Of a stretch of 64,000 bases of DNA, positions 62,554-64,000 are shown in pieces (within the stretch, counting starts at the first letter, position 1; every line of letters begins with the position of its first letter). A program made the position numbers and the translations under genes. The notes below the pieces were generated by a model. The model had not been told where the DNA came from and ran no database searches. It saw only the letters and a list, made by a program, of their open reading frames with translations. Origin of the DNA: an uncultured Acidobacteriaceae bacterium (GTDB taxonomy: Bacteria; Acidobacteriota; Terriglobia; Terriglobales; Acidobacteriaceae); contig CAVOJQ010000012.1 of the NCBI GenBank assembly GCA_963696275.1, forward strand, positions 1,001,173 through 1,065,172, given 5' to 3'.

Positions 62554-63720
62554 GTGCGCCGACGGTGGATTCAAATCGCAGTGCTGGTCGTCTGTATCGC
62601 GGCCGCGTTTTTCTTCTCCATCCCGCAGTGGGTCGATGAGGCTCAAAACAAGGTCCTCAAAAAGCCGCCCTACCCCGCCTCCGACCGGGCGCTGACCCTT
62701 CATTCCCAGCTCACCATCGCCGATCTGCACGCCGATTCGCTTCTCTGGGGACGCGATCTGCTCGAGCGCAGCTCCGAAGGCCACGTCGATATTCCCCGCC
62801 TCGCCGATGGCAACGTGGCTCTGCAGATCTTTTCTCTCCCCACCAAAAGTCCGCGCGGATTGAACATCGAAAGCAATGACGACCAGAGCGACAATATTTT
62901 CTGGCTCGCGATTGTAGAGCGATGGCCGCCCCGAACCTGGACCAGCCTGACCGAGCGCGCCTTATACCAGGCGCACCGCCTCCATGCCTTCGCCAATGGC
63001 TCCCAGGGCGGCTTCGTCGTGATCGAAAATTCCTCCGATCTTTCGCGTTACCTCGAACGCCGCCGCCGCCATCCGCGCATCACCGCCGGACTGCTCTCGA
63101 TCGAAGGCGCCCACGCCCTCGATGGCAACCTCGAAAATCTGGACGTCCTGTACCGCGCCGGATACCGCATGATGTCGCCCAGCCATTTCTTCGATAACGA
63201 TATTGCAGGTTCAGCCGCGGGAGTTCATAAAATCGGCCTCACCGCCAAGGGCGGCGAGTGGGTCCGGCAGATGGAAGCGCACAAGATGATCATCGATCTC
63301 GCTCACGCCTCTCCAAAAACCATTGCCGATGTTCTGACGATTGCCACCCGTCCGCTGGTCGTCTCCCACACCGGAGTAAAAGGTACCTGCGACAACAACC
63401 GCAACCTCACCGAGGATCAGATTCGCGCCGTCGCATCGAAGGGTGGCTTGATCGGCATCGGCTATTGGGACACCGCCACCTGCGGCACCGACGCGCGCGC
63501 CATTGTTAGAGCCATGCGCTACGTTTCCGATCGCGTCGGCGCTGACCACGTCGCCCTCGGCTCCGATTTCGATGGCGCCGTCACCGCACCCTTCGACACC
63601 ACCGGCCTGGTCGAGATCACCGACGCCATGCTCGACGCAGGCTATTCCGAGCAGGAGATCCGCATGATCATGGGCGAAAACGTTATGAAATTCCTCCAGG
63701 CAAATCTGCCCGAGAACTAG
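62554..63720 (+). CDS. membrane dipeptidase (peptidase M19 family)
   Basis: GTG start, N-terminal TM. 'ADLHADSLLW', 'SIEGAHAL', 'IIDLAHAS', 'VVSHTGVKG', 'GIGYWD', 'VALGSDFDG'. Confidence 0.85.
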   Translation: MRRRWIQIAVLVVCIAAAFFFSIPQWVDEAQNKVLKKPPYPASDRALTLHSQLTIADLHADSLLWGRDLLERSSEGHVDIPRLADGNVALQIFSLPTKSPRGLNIESNDDQSDNIFWLAIVERWPPRTWTSLTERALYQAHRLHAFANGSQGGFVVIENSSDLSRYLERRRRHPRITAGLLSIEGAHALDGNLENLDVLYRAGYRMMSPSHFFDNDIAGSAAGVHKIGLTAKGGEWVRQMEAHKMIIDLAHASPKTIADVLTIATRPLVVSHTGVKGTCDNNRNLTEDQIRAVASKGGLIGIGYWDTATCGTDARAIVRAMRYVSDRVGADHVALGSDFDGAVTAPFDTTGLVEITDAMLDAGYSEQEIRMIMGENVMKFLQANLPEN

Positions 63721-63768
63721 CTCCACTCCCATAACCCCCGAGCAAAGCACATCCGCAAAAACCTCTAA

Positions 63769-63813
63769 ATGTCATTGCTGCGCAGATATGACATTATGTT
63801 ATGCTGATGTCAT
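63769..63813 (+). promoter_or_regulatory. three ATGTCAT/ATGACAT half-sites at 19-nt spacing upstream of the AbrB-type antitoxin gene
   Basis: ATGTCAT 63769-63775, ATGACAT 63788-63794, ATGTCAT 63807-63813. Sites 2 and 3 extend to ATATGACAT / ATGTCATAT. Confidence 0.5.
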
Positions 63814-63825
63814 ATCGCTAAACCT

Positions 63826-64000
63826 ATGACAATGAATACCGAAACCAGACTCCGCGTCAACGAAAATGGCCGCGTGGTCATCCCCGCTTCTTTTCGCAAG
63901 GTCATGGGCATTAACCCCGGCGATGAGGTCCTACTGCGAATCGAAGACGACGAGCTGCGGATCACCACCCTCAAGCGCCGCCTTGAAGGCGCGCAGCGCC
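63826..64000 (+). CDS. AbrB/SpoVT-type antitoxin (VapB/MazE-like), 3' end outside window
   Basis: Hand translation 'MTMNTETRLRVNENGRVVIPASFRKVMGINPGDEVLLRIEDDELRITTLKRRLEGAQR' shows a swapped-hairpin AbrB motif. Preceded by palindromic operator-like sites. Not in the ORF track because it is truncated. Confidence 0.7.
   Translation, partial: MTMNTETRLRVNENGRVVIPASFRKVMGINPGDEVLLRIEDDELRITTLKRRLEGAQR

Overview
This is a GC-rich bacterial chromosomal segment (GC not computed exactly). I infer it is probably Acidobacteriota. The clues are two TonB-dependent receptors with carboxypeptidase-regulatory-like N-termini, a giant BNR/Asp-box secreted protein, a Ser/Thr-kinase/beta-propeller remnant and dispersed GC-hairpin repeats. 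I call about 52 protein-coding genes. Most are housekeeping: rmlD, cca, tsaD, sucA, rpiA, recG, hisC, ETF-QO, lepA, the dnaG-rpoD pair and ruvA. The rest are signalling genes (LuxR-type and OmpR-type regulators, a PhoR-like kinase, PhoU, two GGDEF proteins, a PP2C phosphatase) and envelope or transport genes. I found no rRNA, tRNA, CRISPR array, transposase or prophage genes. The most interesting locus is a tightly coupled minus-strand operon at about 30.8-33.8 kb. It encodes a radical SAM/SPASM enzyme, a PqqD-like protein, an HPr-kinase-like P-loop protein and a Sec11/SipW-type signal-peptidase-fold protease. It is preceded by a 59-aa ORF that falls just under the ORF-track cutoff and looks like a RiPP precursor, with a YxxP leader motif, two Cys and a C-terminal Ser. 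An ABC-2 permease with no ATPase partner lies just upstream. Other notable items are a single protein combining HD-GYP, GAF, GGDEF (with I-site) and PilZ, and a REP-like hairpin repeat family. There is a recurrent pattern of 13-16 bp tandem duplications at gene boundaries, several of them spanning stop codons, and a 15-bp x5 coding repeat inside cca. A 660-bp structured non-coding leader upstream of dnaG holds an SD-sequestering hairpin, a 25-codon ORF (possibly an rpsU relic) and a strong terminator. A three-site operator-like array precedes a partial AbrB-type antitoxin gene. All family assignments come from motif recognition by eye, and start codons are often uncertain.
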